A stretch of 64,000 nucleotides of DNA from a phage: NCBI GenBank assembly GCA_033664045.1, contig GCA_033664045.1_3674.1; one strand, written 5' to 3'. A program made the position numbers and the translations under genes. Below, in pieces: positions 26,385-36,387 of the stretch. The notes below the pieces were generated by a model. The model saw only the letters and a list, made by a program, of their open reading frames with translations, ran no database searches and had not been told where the DNA came from. Each line of letters begins with the position of its first letter. The stretch's first letter is position 1.

Positions 26385-26810
26385 GTGGCAGCAGGTTATA
26401 AGCTGATAGGAAAGAACAGACTAATACCTCGTAAAACATTCAAAGGTCGCCATAGAGTGTATAACAAAACAGTTGGTGGCCCTTTTGCCAACGAGGGGTT
26501 AGAACTTGAGTATGAAGAGTTTGATGTCTTAGAGTGTGTTGTGCAGCCGTTGACAGGAAGGGCAGCTAAAGATTACTCCTCTCAAATAAACCCTGAAGGT
26601 GACAGACAGTACGAGGCTTTTACAGTTTACTCCTCAACCAAGTTGTATAGTCCTGACGAAGGAACATATGCAATGGCTGACCAAATTCAGCTGCCTGACA
26701 TCCGTGGTGACTTGAAATGGTTTACCGTTTTAAAATGCGATGCATATGTTACCTCTGGTGGTGGGAGATATAGATTTTTTGTGGTAGAAGAGCCTGAAGG
26801 AGAGAACTGA
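26385..26810 (+). CDS. hypothetical head-tail connector/completion protein
   Basis: GTG start after AAGGGGG; gene order. Confidence 0.45.
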   Translation: MAAGYKLIGKNRLIPRKTFKGRHRVYNKTVGGPFANEGLELEYEEFDVLECVVQPLTGRAAKDYSSQINPEGDRQYEAFTVYSSTKLYSPDEGTYAMADQIQLPDIRGDLKWFTVLKCDAYVTSGGGRYRFFVVEEPEGEN

Positions 26811-27361
26811 TGGAAGCTTTCGAAAAAGTTTTTTCTGATCTTGAAACAACCATTGCTAAGCTCGTCAAGGTTGCCACAGGAAGAACTGTAGTTCTGGCAG
26901 AAAGCTCTACCATACCGAAGCCGGAAGGTGAGTTTGTACTTTTACAAACCTTGGCGATCAATCCCACCACTTGGGAAGATAATGAGTTTCAAGATGCGGA
27001 GGGTAATGCTTACGTAACACACAGTTACACTGTTACTTATCTGTTAACAGCTTATCGTGGCAGGGCATATGCTGCACTTAGCAGAGTATTGCAAGCAATA
27101 AACCTTCCAATGTTTTATGACAAGTATTTCCCTCTGGGATCGTGCTTTGCCTACTCTAACAATTCAACAATTTCACCTCAAAGAGTGCCGTTGAATAAGC
27201 AGACGTATGAAAATAGAGCCACTGTGATGCTGACATTTAACGTAAGGTTTGTTGAAACAGACATTGGGGCTTTTGAGGATCTTGAGGGAATTAAGGCTGA
27301 AATAACCACACACTTCCCTTCACCCAATTCTGGTAAAGCGGTTACAGACAGTGGTCAGTAA
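26810..27361 (+). CDS. hypothetical tail completion protein
   Basis: ORF with overlapping stop/start; gene order. Confidence 0.45.
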   Translation: MEAFEKVFSDLETTIAKLVKVATGRTVVLAESSTIPKPEGEFVLLQTLAINPTTWEDNEFQDAEGNAYVTHSYTVTYLLTAYRGRAYAALSRVLQAINLPMFYDKYFPLGSCFAYSNNSTISPQRVPLNKQTYENRATVMLTFNVRFVETDIGAFEDLEGIKAEITTHFPSPNSGKAVTDSGQ

Positions 27362-27433
27362 TCGTTATAATTGTGTAGTGTAATGATTACACTGCGTGTT
27401 TGATATCCGTGCACAGATATTAAGAGGAAACAA

Positions 27434-28810
27434 ATGCCATATTTAGATAAAGTGGTAGATGTTACAGTTAACCTCGGAACCCAGCCTATTGACACTGTAG
27501 GTTTCGAAACTCCCCTGTTCATCGCTATCCACAACAACTTTACTGAGCGAGCTCGCGTGTATGCAGAGCTGGATCAGATGGTGGAAGATGGTTTCGCACA
27601 AGGCTCTGCAGCGTATGAGTTTGCAGCAAAAGCTTTTGGTGGTGTATTCCCTCCACAATACGTTATGATCGGCAGACAGGCCAAAGAAAAGACAACTGTA
27701 GATTTTAAAGGTATTGCTGCCGCAGCTGATACCGATGTCGTAATGACTATTGCAAAAGGTGGCTACAATACTTCTCTGATAGTGCCTATCTCTGGTGGAA
27801 CAGGTGCAACTCAGATTGCAGAGTCGATGAAGACTAAAATTGAAGCAGATGATAGCTTGAACGATATCACTGTAGAGGCTTCTGAAGGTGTTCTCACCAT
27901 CACTGGTGACTGTACTGTTGGTTACCATACTGGTAACTATACAATCAAAAATATCGCCAATGCTGAAAAACCTTCTACAGTAGTTGATAAGATCAATGCT
28001 GAGCGTGACAATTGGTACTTCCTGTGCCATGAAGACCACACCGACATTGAAGCATGTGCTAAGTGGGCTCAGGCTAACTACAAGCTGCATGTCTACTCTA
28101 CTGCAGAAGATGTGACGGGTAAAGATAATAACATCGCCACCAAACTGATGGCTGCACAATATGACAGTGTCGGCATGTACGATCCTCGTGCAGATAAGGA
28201 CTTCCCGGAGGGTGGTATCATAGGTGCTATGGCATCCAACGATCCGTCTTACGGCGACAGCTTGCACTTAAAACAGATGCCAGGTGTGATTGCACCATCT
28301 CTGACTTTAACTCAGCGTATGGCTATTTGGGAAAACCACGTTAACTTCTATAGAATGATTAACGGTGTTGGCGCTTTCTGGGAAGGTAAGTGTGCTTCAG
28401 GTCAGTATGCAGACGCTATTCGTTTTGCACACTGGATCAAGTTCAGATCTGAAGAGTCCATGTTTGGGTACATGCATCGCCGCTCCAATATGGGTTTAAG
28501 CATGAAGATGTCTGATGATGATCTTCCGGTTATTAAGTCTGTTCTGATGAACAACCCGATCAACACTGGCATTAAGAATGGTGCGATCCTGACAGGTTTT
28601 GACGAAGACAATAATGTATTCTACGACCCGATCATCACAGTTCCTAAACGTGCAGAAATCCCAACTAATCAGTTGGCTGCTCGTGTTCTGGAAGGTGTGA
28701 AAGTAGAACTGGTGTATAATAACGCCCTGCACTTCGTTCGTATCCGGATCAACGTCCTTCTGGACAAAGTTGGTTCTAAATCCACCAATGCTGTTGCAAT
28801 GACTGAATAA
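27434..28810 (+). CDS. tail sheath protein, putative (alternative: large major tail protein)
   Basis: 458-aa abundant-looking protein followed by a 157-aa ORF, then chaperone pair and tape measure (sheath-tube-chaperone-TMP order). Confidence 0.45.
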   Translation: MPYLDKVVDVTVNLGTQPIDTVGFETPLFIAIHNNFTERARVYAELDQMVEDGFAQGSAAYEFAAKAFGGVFPPQYVMIGRQAKEKTTVDFKGIAAAADTDVVMTIAKGGYNTSLIVPISGGTGATQIAESMKTKIEADDSLNDITVEASEGVLTITGDCTVGYHTGNYTIKNIANAEKPSTVVDKINAERDNWYFLCHEDHTDIEACAKWAQANYKLHVYSTAEDVTGKDNNIATKLMAAQYDSVGMYDPRADKDFPEGGIIGAMASNDPSYGDSLHLKQMPGVIAPSLTLTQRMAIWENHVNFYRMINGVGAFWEGKCASGQYADAIRFAHWIKFRSEESMFGYMHRRSNMGLSMKMSDDDLPVIKSVLMNNPINTGIKNGAILTGFDEDNNVFYDPIITVPKRAEIPTNQLAARVLEGVKVELVYNNALHFVRIRINVLLDKVGSKSTNAVAMTE

Positions 28811-28820
28811 GGAAGCCTAG

Positions 28821-29294
28821 ATGGAAACTCAAATTTTAACTCCTTATGCGTATGACCCTAAAAAGGTCAAACTGTATCTGATGCAGCAGCGTGTCACTGG
28901 CTTCGCTGCTGACACCAAGATCGTTGTTTCAAGAAACGAAGACAACATCTACCCTCACGTTGGTGTGGATGGCGAAATGTCTGCGGCCCTGTCTCGTAAC
29001 CAATCTGGTGTTATGACTGTATCTTTGCAGAACACTTCTGTATGGAACGCTTACCTTTCTGACTGGCAGAAACAGGCATCGATTACTGGCCTGGTATTCT
29101 TCCCGGTTCTGCTGGAAGGTAGCCAGGGCCCTGGTATTTCCACAATCGGTTGGATCCAGAAACAGCCTGATCTGACTTACGGAACCGAAGTAGGTCAACT
29201 GGACTGGGATATCGGTATTCTGGATGCATGGCTCAACCGTGATAACATCACTGGTGCTCTTACTGGCCTCGCAGGTCTTGCAGGTATTATCTAA
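28821..29294 (+). CDS. tail tube protein, putative
   Basis: 157-aa ORF between putative sheath and chaperones. Confidence 0.45.
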   Translation: METQILTPYAYDPKKVKLYLMQQRVTGFAADTKIVVSRNEDNIYPHVGVDGEMSAALSRNQSGVMTVSLQNTSVWNAYLSDWQKQASITGLVFFPVLLEGSQGPGISTIGWIQKQPDLTYGTEVGQLDWDIGILDAWLNRDNITGALTGLAGLAGII

Positions 29295-29384
29295 GGGCAC
29301 ACTTTATCATAAGCCTCACCTTCGGGTGGGGCTTTTTGCTTTTATGGTTTTGGCACATACTCTTGAATTGCTTGAAAGGTTAAA

Positions 29385-29413
29385 TTGACAATGCACTATA
29401 ATCATGGTAAAAT
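29385..29413 (+). promoter_or_regulatory. consensus sigma70 promoter with extended -10
   Basis: TTGACA-17 nt-TAAAAT (TGGTAAAATAC). Confidence 0.55.
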
Positions 29414-29456
29414 ACACAAATATGGTGCACAACATGACTAATAAGGATGCTATAAA

Positions 29457-29930
29457 ATGGCTATAAACTTTAGACCTACAACAGAGATTGATTTAGCAGG
29501 GCACAACTTTGTGATCACCCATTGGGGACCGATGAAAGCAATGAAAAACATGCCTAAAATCGGTAAGATTGTGGCTGTCCCGCTAGGTGCTATCGGTGGA
29601 TCTATTATCTCAGGCGGTCAGAATATGGCAGAGGTCCTTCCTACTGCTCTGGCTTACCTGTTCCAAGAACTTGATGATAACTCTATTGAAGAGCTATTTA
29701 AAATCTTGTTCGAAGATATTACCGTAGATGGTGTGGATAAGCTTAACCCGGATGTTGTGTTTGCGGGGCATCTGCTGGAGATGATTAAGCTGGCAGGTAA
29801 GGTTCTGGAGGTTAACTACGGCTGTTTTTTCACACAAGACGGTTTAGGAAGCCTTCTGGAGATGTTACAGCAGATGGGTATGATTCAGCAGGTGAACAAC
29901 CTGGATCAGACTCCGGAAGAGCAGGAATAA
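29457..29930 (+). CDS. tail assembly chaperone (G-like, zero-frame product)
   Basis: Position immediately upstream of tape measure; contains slippery heptamer near its 3' end. Confidence 0.65.
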   Translation: MAINFRPTTEIDLAGHNFVITHWGPMKAMKNMPKIGKIVAVPLGAIGGSIISGGQNMAEVLPTALAYLFQELDDNSIEELFKILFEDITVDGVDKLNPDVVFAGHLLEMIKLAGKVLEVNYGCFFTQDGLGSLLEMLQQMGMIQQVNNLDQTPEEQE

Positions 29931-30190
29931 GCAAGGTTGTTGTGAGGGCCAGTGAGTGGGCAGCCAAGAACAGTTCACTCAACTGGTTCGACTTTCTTTG
30001 GTGCAGGGTGCTCAAGAATTTCAAAGGGGAAAATTTTGAATCGCTAAATCTTGCAGATATGGCGTATTTCCTGAAGCTCTGTGAGTATCTTGATATCGAA
30101 GAATTCCTAGATACCGTCCAAAACAGGGAAATGGAGCGGGAGCAGAAGGCTGCCGCAGCTGCTGCGAAAGCTAAGCGCAGGAGAGGATAA
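29825..30190 (+). CDS. tail assembly chaperone -1 frameshift extension (GT-like fusion with 29457-29831)
   Basis: Zero-frame C TGT TTT TTC gives heptamer U UUU UUC at 29825-29831; the -1 frame is open from there to the stop at 30190. Confidence 0.6.
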   Translation, partial: FFHTRRFRKPSGDVTADGYDSAGEQPGSDSGRAGISKVVVRASEWAAKNSSLNWFDFLWCRVLKNFKGENFESLNLADMAYFLKLCEYLDIEEFLDTVQNREMEREQKAAAAAAKAKRRRG

Positions 30191-30244
30191 TCTAAGGGCC
30201 GGATTCCTTTTCTGGGATCTGGCCCTTTTTATTATGAGGAAACC

Positions 30245-32584
30245 ATGGCTACAAACAAAATAGTTGCCACAACAGTCAACAAGATTGGCTTTGAGATAGA
30301 GAACTCCTCCTACAAAAAAGCTGTAGAGAAAATTCGCAGTATTGGGAGGGAGTTCAGGAAACTGGGCGAGGATTTTAACTCAGCCAACCCCATGAGTAGA
30401 TGGCAGGCGGTAGCTGTTAAAACCCAGCAGACAATGCAGCGGGTTGCCAGACAGCAATCTCAGGCAAATGCTAAGCTGCACAGGGAGAGTGTAGCACAGG
30501 CCAAGAAAGAGGCTGCAGTAAGGGCTGCAATAGAACGTAGGGAGAATGCGAGACGTAAACAAGCTGTAGGTAATCTTACCGCTAAAAATCCAGAAATGGC
30601 TAGGATGCGTAAGTTCTACCAGCAGCAAGCTAAAGAGGCCAAAAAGGCTGCCAAATCTGCACCAGTGTCTTACGGTGGTTATAAGGCACCTAAGGCAAGA
30701 GTTCTGGCTAATGCCAAATCTTTCAAATATATCCCCGGTAACCCTAATATGGGTGGTGTGGCTTCCGACCCTAACCTTGTGAAAGCTCAGACAGCTGCTA
30801 TGAATCGTTATCATAGACAGCTAAGAAGAGACAGTAAAGCTGGTATGGATAATAAGCTTATGTCTGATCGTGAGGCAAGGAGAACCCACCTCTACAACTC
30901 TGCGATAAGACTTTCTGCCAAGTATGGAGCCGGATTCCGTGGAAGCTTGCCAGGATACTCAGAGTTAGAGTCCAGATTTGCTCGCGGGGAGATGAAAAAG
31001 TCAACCTTTAACGCCCACCTGTCAGCTCTGCAGTCCGGATTTAAAAGCGCCACCAGCCAAACGCTTACACTGGGTGATGCCATGAGAGACTTACGTAGAT
31101 CTGTTATTAATGCAACAGCTGCGTATACGGCTTTCTCTGGATTTACTGCTGTGAACAGATCTGGTCACATGATGGAGGGGGCAAGTGCTGCTCTTACTGC
31201 TGTTACTGGAGATCCAAACAAAGCCAACAGTGAGGTTGCGTTTGTCCAGCAAGAGGCTATGCGTCTTGGTTTTGATCTCAAATCTGGTCTTCAAGGTTAC
31301 GCCCAGATGGCGGTAAACGCCAAAAACCAGATGACAAATCAAGAGGTGCACGAGCTATTCTCTGCATACTCACAGTATGCTGCTGCTTACGGTGCCGATG
31401 AGGTAAAATACCAGCGTGGTATCATGGCAATCCAGCAAATGCTTGGTAAAGGACAGGTAATGTCCGAAGAACTGAAGCAACAACTTGCTGAAGCATTGCC
31501 TGGTGCATATGAACCTTTTATCAAGGCCACCAAAGAGGCTTTTGGTCTTTCTGAACTATCCATGGATCAGTTCATGGACATGATGAAGAAAGGTGAGGTT
31601 AAGACAGCCAAGATCATGAAGTATGTGGCTAAGTACATGAACGAGGCATCTGCAGCTGGTTATGAAAGAATGCAGAAGTCTAACGTACTGGCAGAAAACA
31701 GACTGAAAACCTTCATCGAACTGTCTCGTCAGAAACTATTCACCCGTTGGGCTGATGAACTAACAGAGTTCTATTATACACTGATTCGCACTGGTGAGAC
31801 TTTGCAATTTGTGTGGGATGCCTCTGGTGATTTTGTTAGCGGTTTTGTGAGAGGTCTCAACTGGGTAGTTGGTGAACTAAACAATACCATAGTCAAGATC
31901 CGCATGTTTTTCCTTGAATGGGGGATTAAATGGGGATTCATAACAGCTAAGACGAAGGAATATTCTGAAGAGCTTAATGACACCTTTAGCTATGCTAAAT
32001 GGGCAGGGTTTGCTGCTGCCATCATGCTGGTAGTGAACGCCCTGACAAAAGGTTTTGTCATGGCATCTATGCTTGTAAAAACCTTCAAATTCCTTAGTTC
32101 TATAAGAGGTGCAGCTGGAGCAGCAGGTGCAGGTGCAGCTACCACAGAAGGATCTGGTGGTGGTGCGGCAGGAAAAGGGGGAGGTGGCCTCAAGACACCT
32201 GGTGGTAAAGTTGGCCTGCTTGGTAAGCTTGGTATTATCGGTACAATATTAAGCGCCGGGGAGTTATTTAATGACCGTTTCAACCCACTGAGTGAGAGAA
32301 ATCAGCAACTGGATACTATCAGTGATATGATTCGCAAAGATATCATATCTGGAGGTAACGGGTTTGTTGATCCTTTGGACACCTTACCGGGAGGGACTCT
32401 TCCGTTGCCAGGTGGCCCTGGTTTTGCTTCTCAATTAAGAACTATGGAAATGCTCCCTTTAGAGATTAGTGATGGTAAAATCACGATTTCAATAGATGAG
32501 GGTGAGTTTAGCAAAATACTTGATGCAAAACTTGAGTGGGAGAACAACAAGGATATTAACTTTATGTCAACAGATCTTTGGTAA
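30245..32584 (+). CDS. tail tape measure protein
   Basis: 779 aa, long alpha-helical basic N-terminus, central IMAIQQMLGKGQVMSEELKQQLAEALPGAYEPF motif, glycine-rich and hydrophobic C-terminal segments. Confidence 0.85.
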   Translation: MATNKIVATTVNKIGFEIENSSYKKAVEKIRSIGREFRKLGEDFNSANPMSRWQAVAVKTQQTMQRVARQQSQANAKLHRESVAQAKKEAAVRAAIERRENARRKQAVGNLTAKNPEMARMRKFYQQQAKEAKKAAKSAPVSYGGYKAPKARVLANAKSFKYIPGNPNMGGVASDPNLVKAQTAAMNRYHRQLRRDSKAGMDNKLMSDREARRTHLYNSAIRLSAKYGAGFRGSLPGYSELESRFARGEMKKSTFNAHLSALQSGFKSATSQTLTLGDAMRDLRRSVINATAAYTAFSGFTAVNRSGHMMEGASAALTAVTGDPNKANSEVAFVQQEAMRLGFDLKSGLQGYAQMAVNAKNQMTNQEVHELFSAYSQYAAAYGADEVKYQRGIMAIQQMLGKGQVMSEELKQQLAEALPGAYEPFIKATKEAFGLSELSMDQFMDMMKKGEVKTAKIMKYVAKYMNEASAAGYERMQKSNVLAENRLKTFIELSRQKLFTRWADELTEFYYTLIRTGETLQFVWDASGDFVSGFVRGLNWVVGELNNTIVKIRMFFLEWGIKWGFITAKTKEYSEELNDTFSYAKWAGFAAAIMLVVNALTKGFVMASMLVKTFKFLSSIRGAAGAAGAGAATTEGSGGGAAGKGGGGLKTPGGKVGLLGKLGIIGTILSAGELFNDRFNPLSERNQQLDTISDMIRKDIISGGNGFVDPLDTLPGGTLPLPGGPGFASQLRTMEMLPLEISDGKITISIDEGEFSKILDAKLEWENNKDINFMSTDLW

Positions 32585-32597
32585 TAAGCAGCACACA

Positions 32598-32620
32598 GGG
32601 GGCTCCGGCCCCCTTTATTT
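32598..32620 (+). terminator. rho-independent terminator after tape measure gene
   Basis: GGGGGC-tccg-GCCCCC followed by TTTATTTT. Confidence 0.7.
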
Positions 32621-32628
32621 TATCGGTG

Positions 32629-32657
32629 TTGTAAAAACGGCTATTTTATGATACAAT
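32629..32657 (+). promoter_or_regulatory. sigma70-like promoter
   Basis: TTGTAA-17 nt-TACAAT. Confidence 0.45.
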
Positions 32658-32690
32658 ATTTAGATGGTATCGGAGTGTCCTGGAGAGGTT

Positions 32691-33575
32691 ATGCCAAGCA
32701 ATATAGTTGATGAAAAAGACCTGTACAAGCCTCAAGAGGTTAAATCTCCAAAGGCTGAAAAGGCAGAGCAGCAAACTGAAAGCGATGTAAAGTACACTAT
32801 GTTTGTCAGTGGTCTTAACTATGGTGGTCGCAATACGGAGATGAAGGGTAAAAACTTTACTAACGATCTTGCCATCATCTTCGATCAGATTGAGAATTAC
32901 TCTTTCAAACATTCTGTTGATAAGACTGATTTTGCGGTGGAAGATAAATCTACCCTGTCAGACCACGCTGTAATTAAAGATGGTGTATTTTCTTTTACTG
33001 GTAGGGTAAATACATCACCACATATAATCTATGAGCAAAACTACATTGACAGGAATACTGACTCTAAAAACCCTGCAGCATCTATGCGACCGGGCGCTGC
33101 ACTGGAGGCTTTGACTGAGATTATCAATAAACGACAGTTGGTTTCTTTGGTTACCGAAGAGAGACTTCTTGAGAACTACATTATAACCAGCCTTTCTGCC
33201 AGCAAGTCTGTTGGTGAAGGTGCTGCAATGGTTTTTGATGTAGAACTTACAGAGTTCCGCACATTCTACTTGAACAAGGTAGTTAATGCAACTGTATACA
33301 GCAATCCTAAGAAAGTAGGCAAGACCCAACAAAAAGGTGCTGTCAACGACTGTAAGAATGGTAGTAACGTAGGTAACAAGAGGGACACAGGAGCATTCGC
33401 AGACACAGCATCCACAAATGCTGCAGAGGAGTGGCAGCCATACAAATCTATGATGTGGACAGATGAAAACGGTGTTACCCAATCGGCTGCGGATTGGTAT
33501 TATCAGGAATATGGAAGACCTTCTACCATAGTCCCATCTGAGCAGGGGAACTACAACAAAGTTAACGGGAAATAA
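32691..33575 (+). CDS. tail/baseplate protein, hypothetical
   Basis: ATG 32691 after GGAGAGG (listed ORF starts 32664); downstream of TMP. Confidence 0.45.
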   Translation: MPSNIVDEKDLYKPQEVKSPKAEKAEQQTESDVKYTMFVSGLNYGGRNTEMKGKNFTNDLAIIFDQIENYSFKHSVDKTDFAVEDKSTLSDHAVIKDGVFSFTGRVNTSPHIIYEQNYIDRNTDSKNPAASMRPGAALEALTEIINKRQLVSLVTEERLLENYIITSLSASKSVGEGAAMVFDVELTEFRTFYLNKVVNATVYSNPKKVGKTQQKGAVNDCKNGSNVGNKRDTGAFADTASTNAAEEWQPYKSMMWTDENGVTQSAADWYYQEYGRPSTIVPSEQGNYNKVNGK

Positions 33576-33587
33576 GGGGAGCGTATA

Positions 33588-33968
33588 ATGGAGCTTAAAG
33601 ATTGGTGCATAATCACCTTTGTGTGGGACATTGACGGCTTTCCTGATCAAACCATGCGTGTTGTTTTAGACAATGAAACGTATGAAATGCGTATGCAATG
33701 GAATGAGAGGGATGAGTCCTGGTGGTTATCTCTTGGTCCAGTAGGTGACAGCCCTTTAGTAACCAGAAAAGTAACAGCTTGTCAAGATATTTTAGACGGA
33801 CTGCATTACAGAGATGATTTACCGAAAGGTAGACTGATGGCGCTGTCGTTTAAAGACGATCAATATTGGGGCAGGGTTGGAAGATATAACCTTGGGGCGA
33901 GATCTGAGCTACAACTTGTATACGGCACCCCAGTTGATCTTTACAAGGAACAGCAAGGGTTAGAATAA
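33588..33968 (+). CDS. hypothetical tail/baseplate protein (126 aa)
   Basis: Tightly packed after previous gene. Confidence 0.45.
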   Translation: MELKDWCIITFVWDIDGFPDQTMRVVLDNETYEMRMQWNERDESWWLSLGPVGDSPLVTRKVTACQDILDGLHYRDDLPKGRLMALSFKDDQYWGRVGRYNLGARSELQLVYGTPVDLYKEQQGLE

Positions 33969-34972
33969 TGGCAGAGTACAGACGTAGAACATGGCGATTA
34001 TTGTTTGGTCGTCCTGTAGAACATGGCGGTAAATCAAAAACCAATATCCCAAAATCTGTTGAAAAGAAAGGGGAGAGTGATTCCGGAGTTTATGAAGTTA
34101 GCTCAGACACTGGTGCTGCCAATATAGAGTTTGACATACAAAAGGACAATACCAAAGAGCCAAACAAAGGTTATGTGACAGTTTACAACCTGTCTGACGA
34201 TACAGTTAACTATTTGGATATGCATCAGGCTGATGCCCTTGCAGTTATGTTTGAAGCTGGCTATGATAATGAGAACCAGTTGATATTCTCTGGAACTGTA
34301 GAGTTTGTTGAAGACAGGTGGGAAGGTCCGACCAGAAAAACTAAGTTCATCTTTGGGGATGGCACTGAGAACATCATTAAGTGCCAAAGCACAAGATCTT
34401 ATCAGAAAGGCACACCTCTGAACTCTGTGCTTAATGACCTACTGAAGGATATGAACTTGCCAAAAGGTAGGGTTGTTGGTTTTGGAAACCAGACTTTGCA
34501 ATACTCTATGGCTTTCTCTGGAAACACTGCAGAGAACCTCCGCAGGTTTGCAAGGCTGACCAACTCAACATTTAGCGTTCAGGATGGGGCTTTGTATTGG
34601 ACCAAGGTTGGAAAAAGGTTCAAAGACTCTGTGTTTGAAATAAGTGCAGAGTCTGGGATGCACGGATCTCCTACCCCTAAAAACCCAGAACCTGCTAAAA
34701 AACGAAAAGCTAAAGCTGCTGCCAAAGGTGGTTCGACATCTAAAAAGAAAAAGAAAAACCCGAGAGAGGATGTTGGCCTTACTGTAACCACATGCCTTAA
34801 CGGAGCTATCCTCCCAGAGTCCACCATTTATCTTAAAAGCAAGCAATATACAGGCTTCTATAAAGTGATCACGGTGCATCATAAGGGCACCATAGAAGGT
34901 GGTGATTACACTACAGAGCTTGGCCTTGGAGAAACAGTGGGTGGAGTTGTTGACAAAACTGAGGAGGTATAA
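33968..34972 (+). CDS. baseplate hub-like protein, putative
   Basis: 334 aa with lysine-rich internal linker; position before spike-like protein. Confidence 0.35.
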   Translation: MAEYRRRTWRLLFGRPVEHGGKSKTNIPKSVEKKGESDSGVYEVSSDTGAANIEFDIQKDNTKEPNKGYVTVYNLSDDTVNYLDMHQADALAVMFEAGYDNENQLIFSGTVEFVEDRWEGPTRKTKFIFGDGTENIIKCQSTRSYQKGTPLNSVLNDLLKDMNLPKGRVVGFGNQTLQYSMAFSGNTAENLRRFARLTNSTFSVQDGALYWTKVGKRFKDSVFEISAESGMHGSPTPKNPEPAKKRKAKAAAKGGSTSKKKKKNPREDVGLTVTTCLNGAILPESTIYLKSKQYTGFYKVITVHHKGTIEGGDYTTELGLGETVGGVVDKTEEV

Positions 34973-35649
34973 TGGCAATAAATAGGAAAGATGCTGCTGT
35001 AAGATCCTTCATAGAAAAAATAATGAGGGACTACCACACCAGTATCAGGGCCAGAGTTGTCAGTGTAGACTACAGTATCCCTTCTGCAGCCGTGCAGCCA
35101 ATAGCTGAAACCACGTTTGATGACGGGGATGTAGAGAGATACCCTCTTATCTATGACGTTCCAATTCAGGTGATGTCTGCAAACAGCGGAAAGGCAAGGT
35201 TAACACTCCCTATTAAGGCTGGAGATGTTGTAGGATTGCAGTTTTCAGAGAGAAATGAAAACAATAACGACGATCAACAAACTCACGGTCTGTTTCCGGG
35301 GTGGGCAATAACCTCTGTTCATTCAGACTCAAACGCTTTACAGATCGATCCTGATAACGTAGAGTTATGGAATGATAGGGTTTATTTTAAACTGACACCT
35401 TCTGGAGATTTTGAGCTTCAAACACCTGGTGGGACACTACGGTGCGACAGCAGCGGGGAGTTTTCTTTCACTAACGGGGCTGCCAATTTGCGAGCTGCTG
35501 TGGATGGAAATATCAGAATGAATGGTGCCACAATAGACCCATCTGGTAGAATTATAACTGCTGCTGGCGTGGATTTGGATTCATTCTATGCAGAATATAA
35601 AGGTCATACCCACTCTTGTCCTGATGGCGAGACAAGTGGACCGCACTAA
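34972..35649 (+). CDS. baseplate spike protein (gpV/gp5 N-terminal OB-fold-like), putative
   Basis: N-terminus ...HTSIRARVVSVDYS...ARLTLPIKAGDVVGLQF pattern typical of spike OB domain. Confidence 0.45.
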   Translation: MAINRKDAAVRSFIEKIMRDYHTSIRARVVSVDYSIPSAAVQPIAETTFDDGDVERYPLIYDVPIQVMSANSGKARLTLPIKAGDVVGLQFSERNENNNDDQQTHGLFPGWAITSVHSDSNALQIDPDNVELWNDRVYFKLTPSGDFELQTPGGTLRCDSSGEFSFTNGAANLRAAVDGNIRMNGATIDPSGRIITAAGVDLDSFYAEYKGHTHSCPDGETSGPH

Positions 35650-35661
35650 TAGAGGGCTTTC

Positions 35662-36378
35662 ATGGCTACGCTTTATAGTGATATATTGATGGACCCACAG
35701 ACAGGCGATTTGGCGATAGACAAAGGTCTTGAGTTGATAGATTCAAACCAGGTAAGTCTGCGCCAGCGCTTGTGGATGAGGTTTAATACGTGGAAGGGGA
35801 GCTGGTACTTTGACGAGCTGTTTGGCTTCCCTTATATGGACTTTCTCAGCAAGAAGGTCATGAAGACTGTTCTTGATAACAAGATCATGGAAGTAGCAAG
35901 ACAAGAGCCGGATGTGCTAAACATCATAAACTTCCAGTCTACCATGGATCGAAGATCGAGAACATACCAAGCGTTCTTTGAGGTTGTTACCAAAGAGAAC
36001 GAGATTGTAAGGCTGGCTTTCGTAGGTCTTGATCAGTTCACATACCCACAGCCTGATTCTGGGACAACCTCTCTCTGTGATGATGAGGGTTGGATTAAGT
36101 GGGCTAATAAACTGTACTATCTGATCAACTTCAGATTACCTAGAACCGGAGATGCCACATGGTGGAACCAGTATGCTGGTCCTGAGATGGAAAACCCGAT
36201 CCCTGTAGGTTCTCTGTTGACTCAGGATAAAGATCTGCTGATGACCGAGGCAGAACAAACCATTAACCGCAATACCTGGACGCTTGCTCCAGATGAGCGC
36301 GAATACTCTGGTGTTATTGCTACCTCTAATGATGAGGCTATTGCCAACCAGTCTGGTCGTGCTATTGATGTTAACTAA
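35662..36378 (+). CDS. baseplate protein, putative
   Basis: N-terminal MDPQTGDLAIDKGLELIDSNQVSLRQRLWMRF resembles small baseplate-family signatures. Confidence 0.35.
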   Translation: MATLYSDILMDPQTGDLAIDKGLELIDSNQVSLRQRLWMRFNTWKGSWYFDELFGFPYMDFLSKKVMKTVLDNKIMEVARQEPDVLNIINFQSTMDRRSRTYQAFFEVVTKENEIVRLAFVGLDQFTYPQPDSGTTSLCDDEGWIKWANKLYYLINFRLPRTGDATWWNQYAGPEMENPIPVGSLLTQDKDLLMTEAEQTINRNTWTLAPDEREYSGVIATSNDEAIANQSGRAIDVN

Positions 36379-36387
36379 GGAGAAATC

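Noticed and set aside
27443-28267. 274-aa minus-strand ORF opposite the putative sheath gene; similarly 58690-59454, 59785-60624 and 60727-61218 opposite the giant ORF
   Set aside because: They lie antisense to long, motif-bearing plus-strand genes, have no RBS and have odd cysteine/serine-rich composition, so they look like shadow ORFs.
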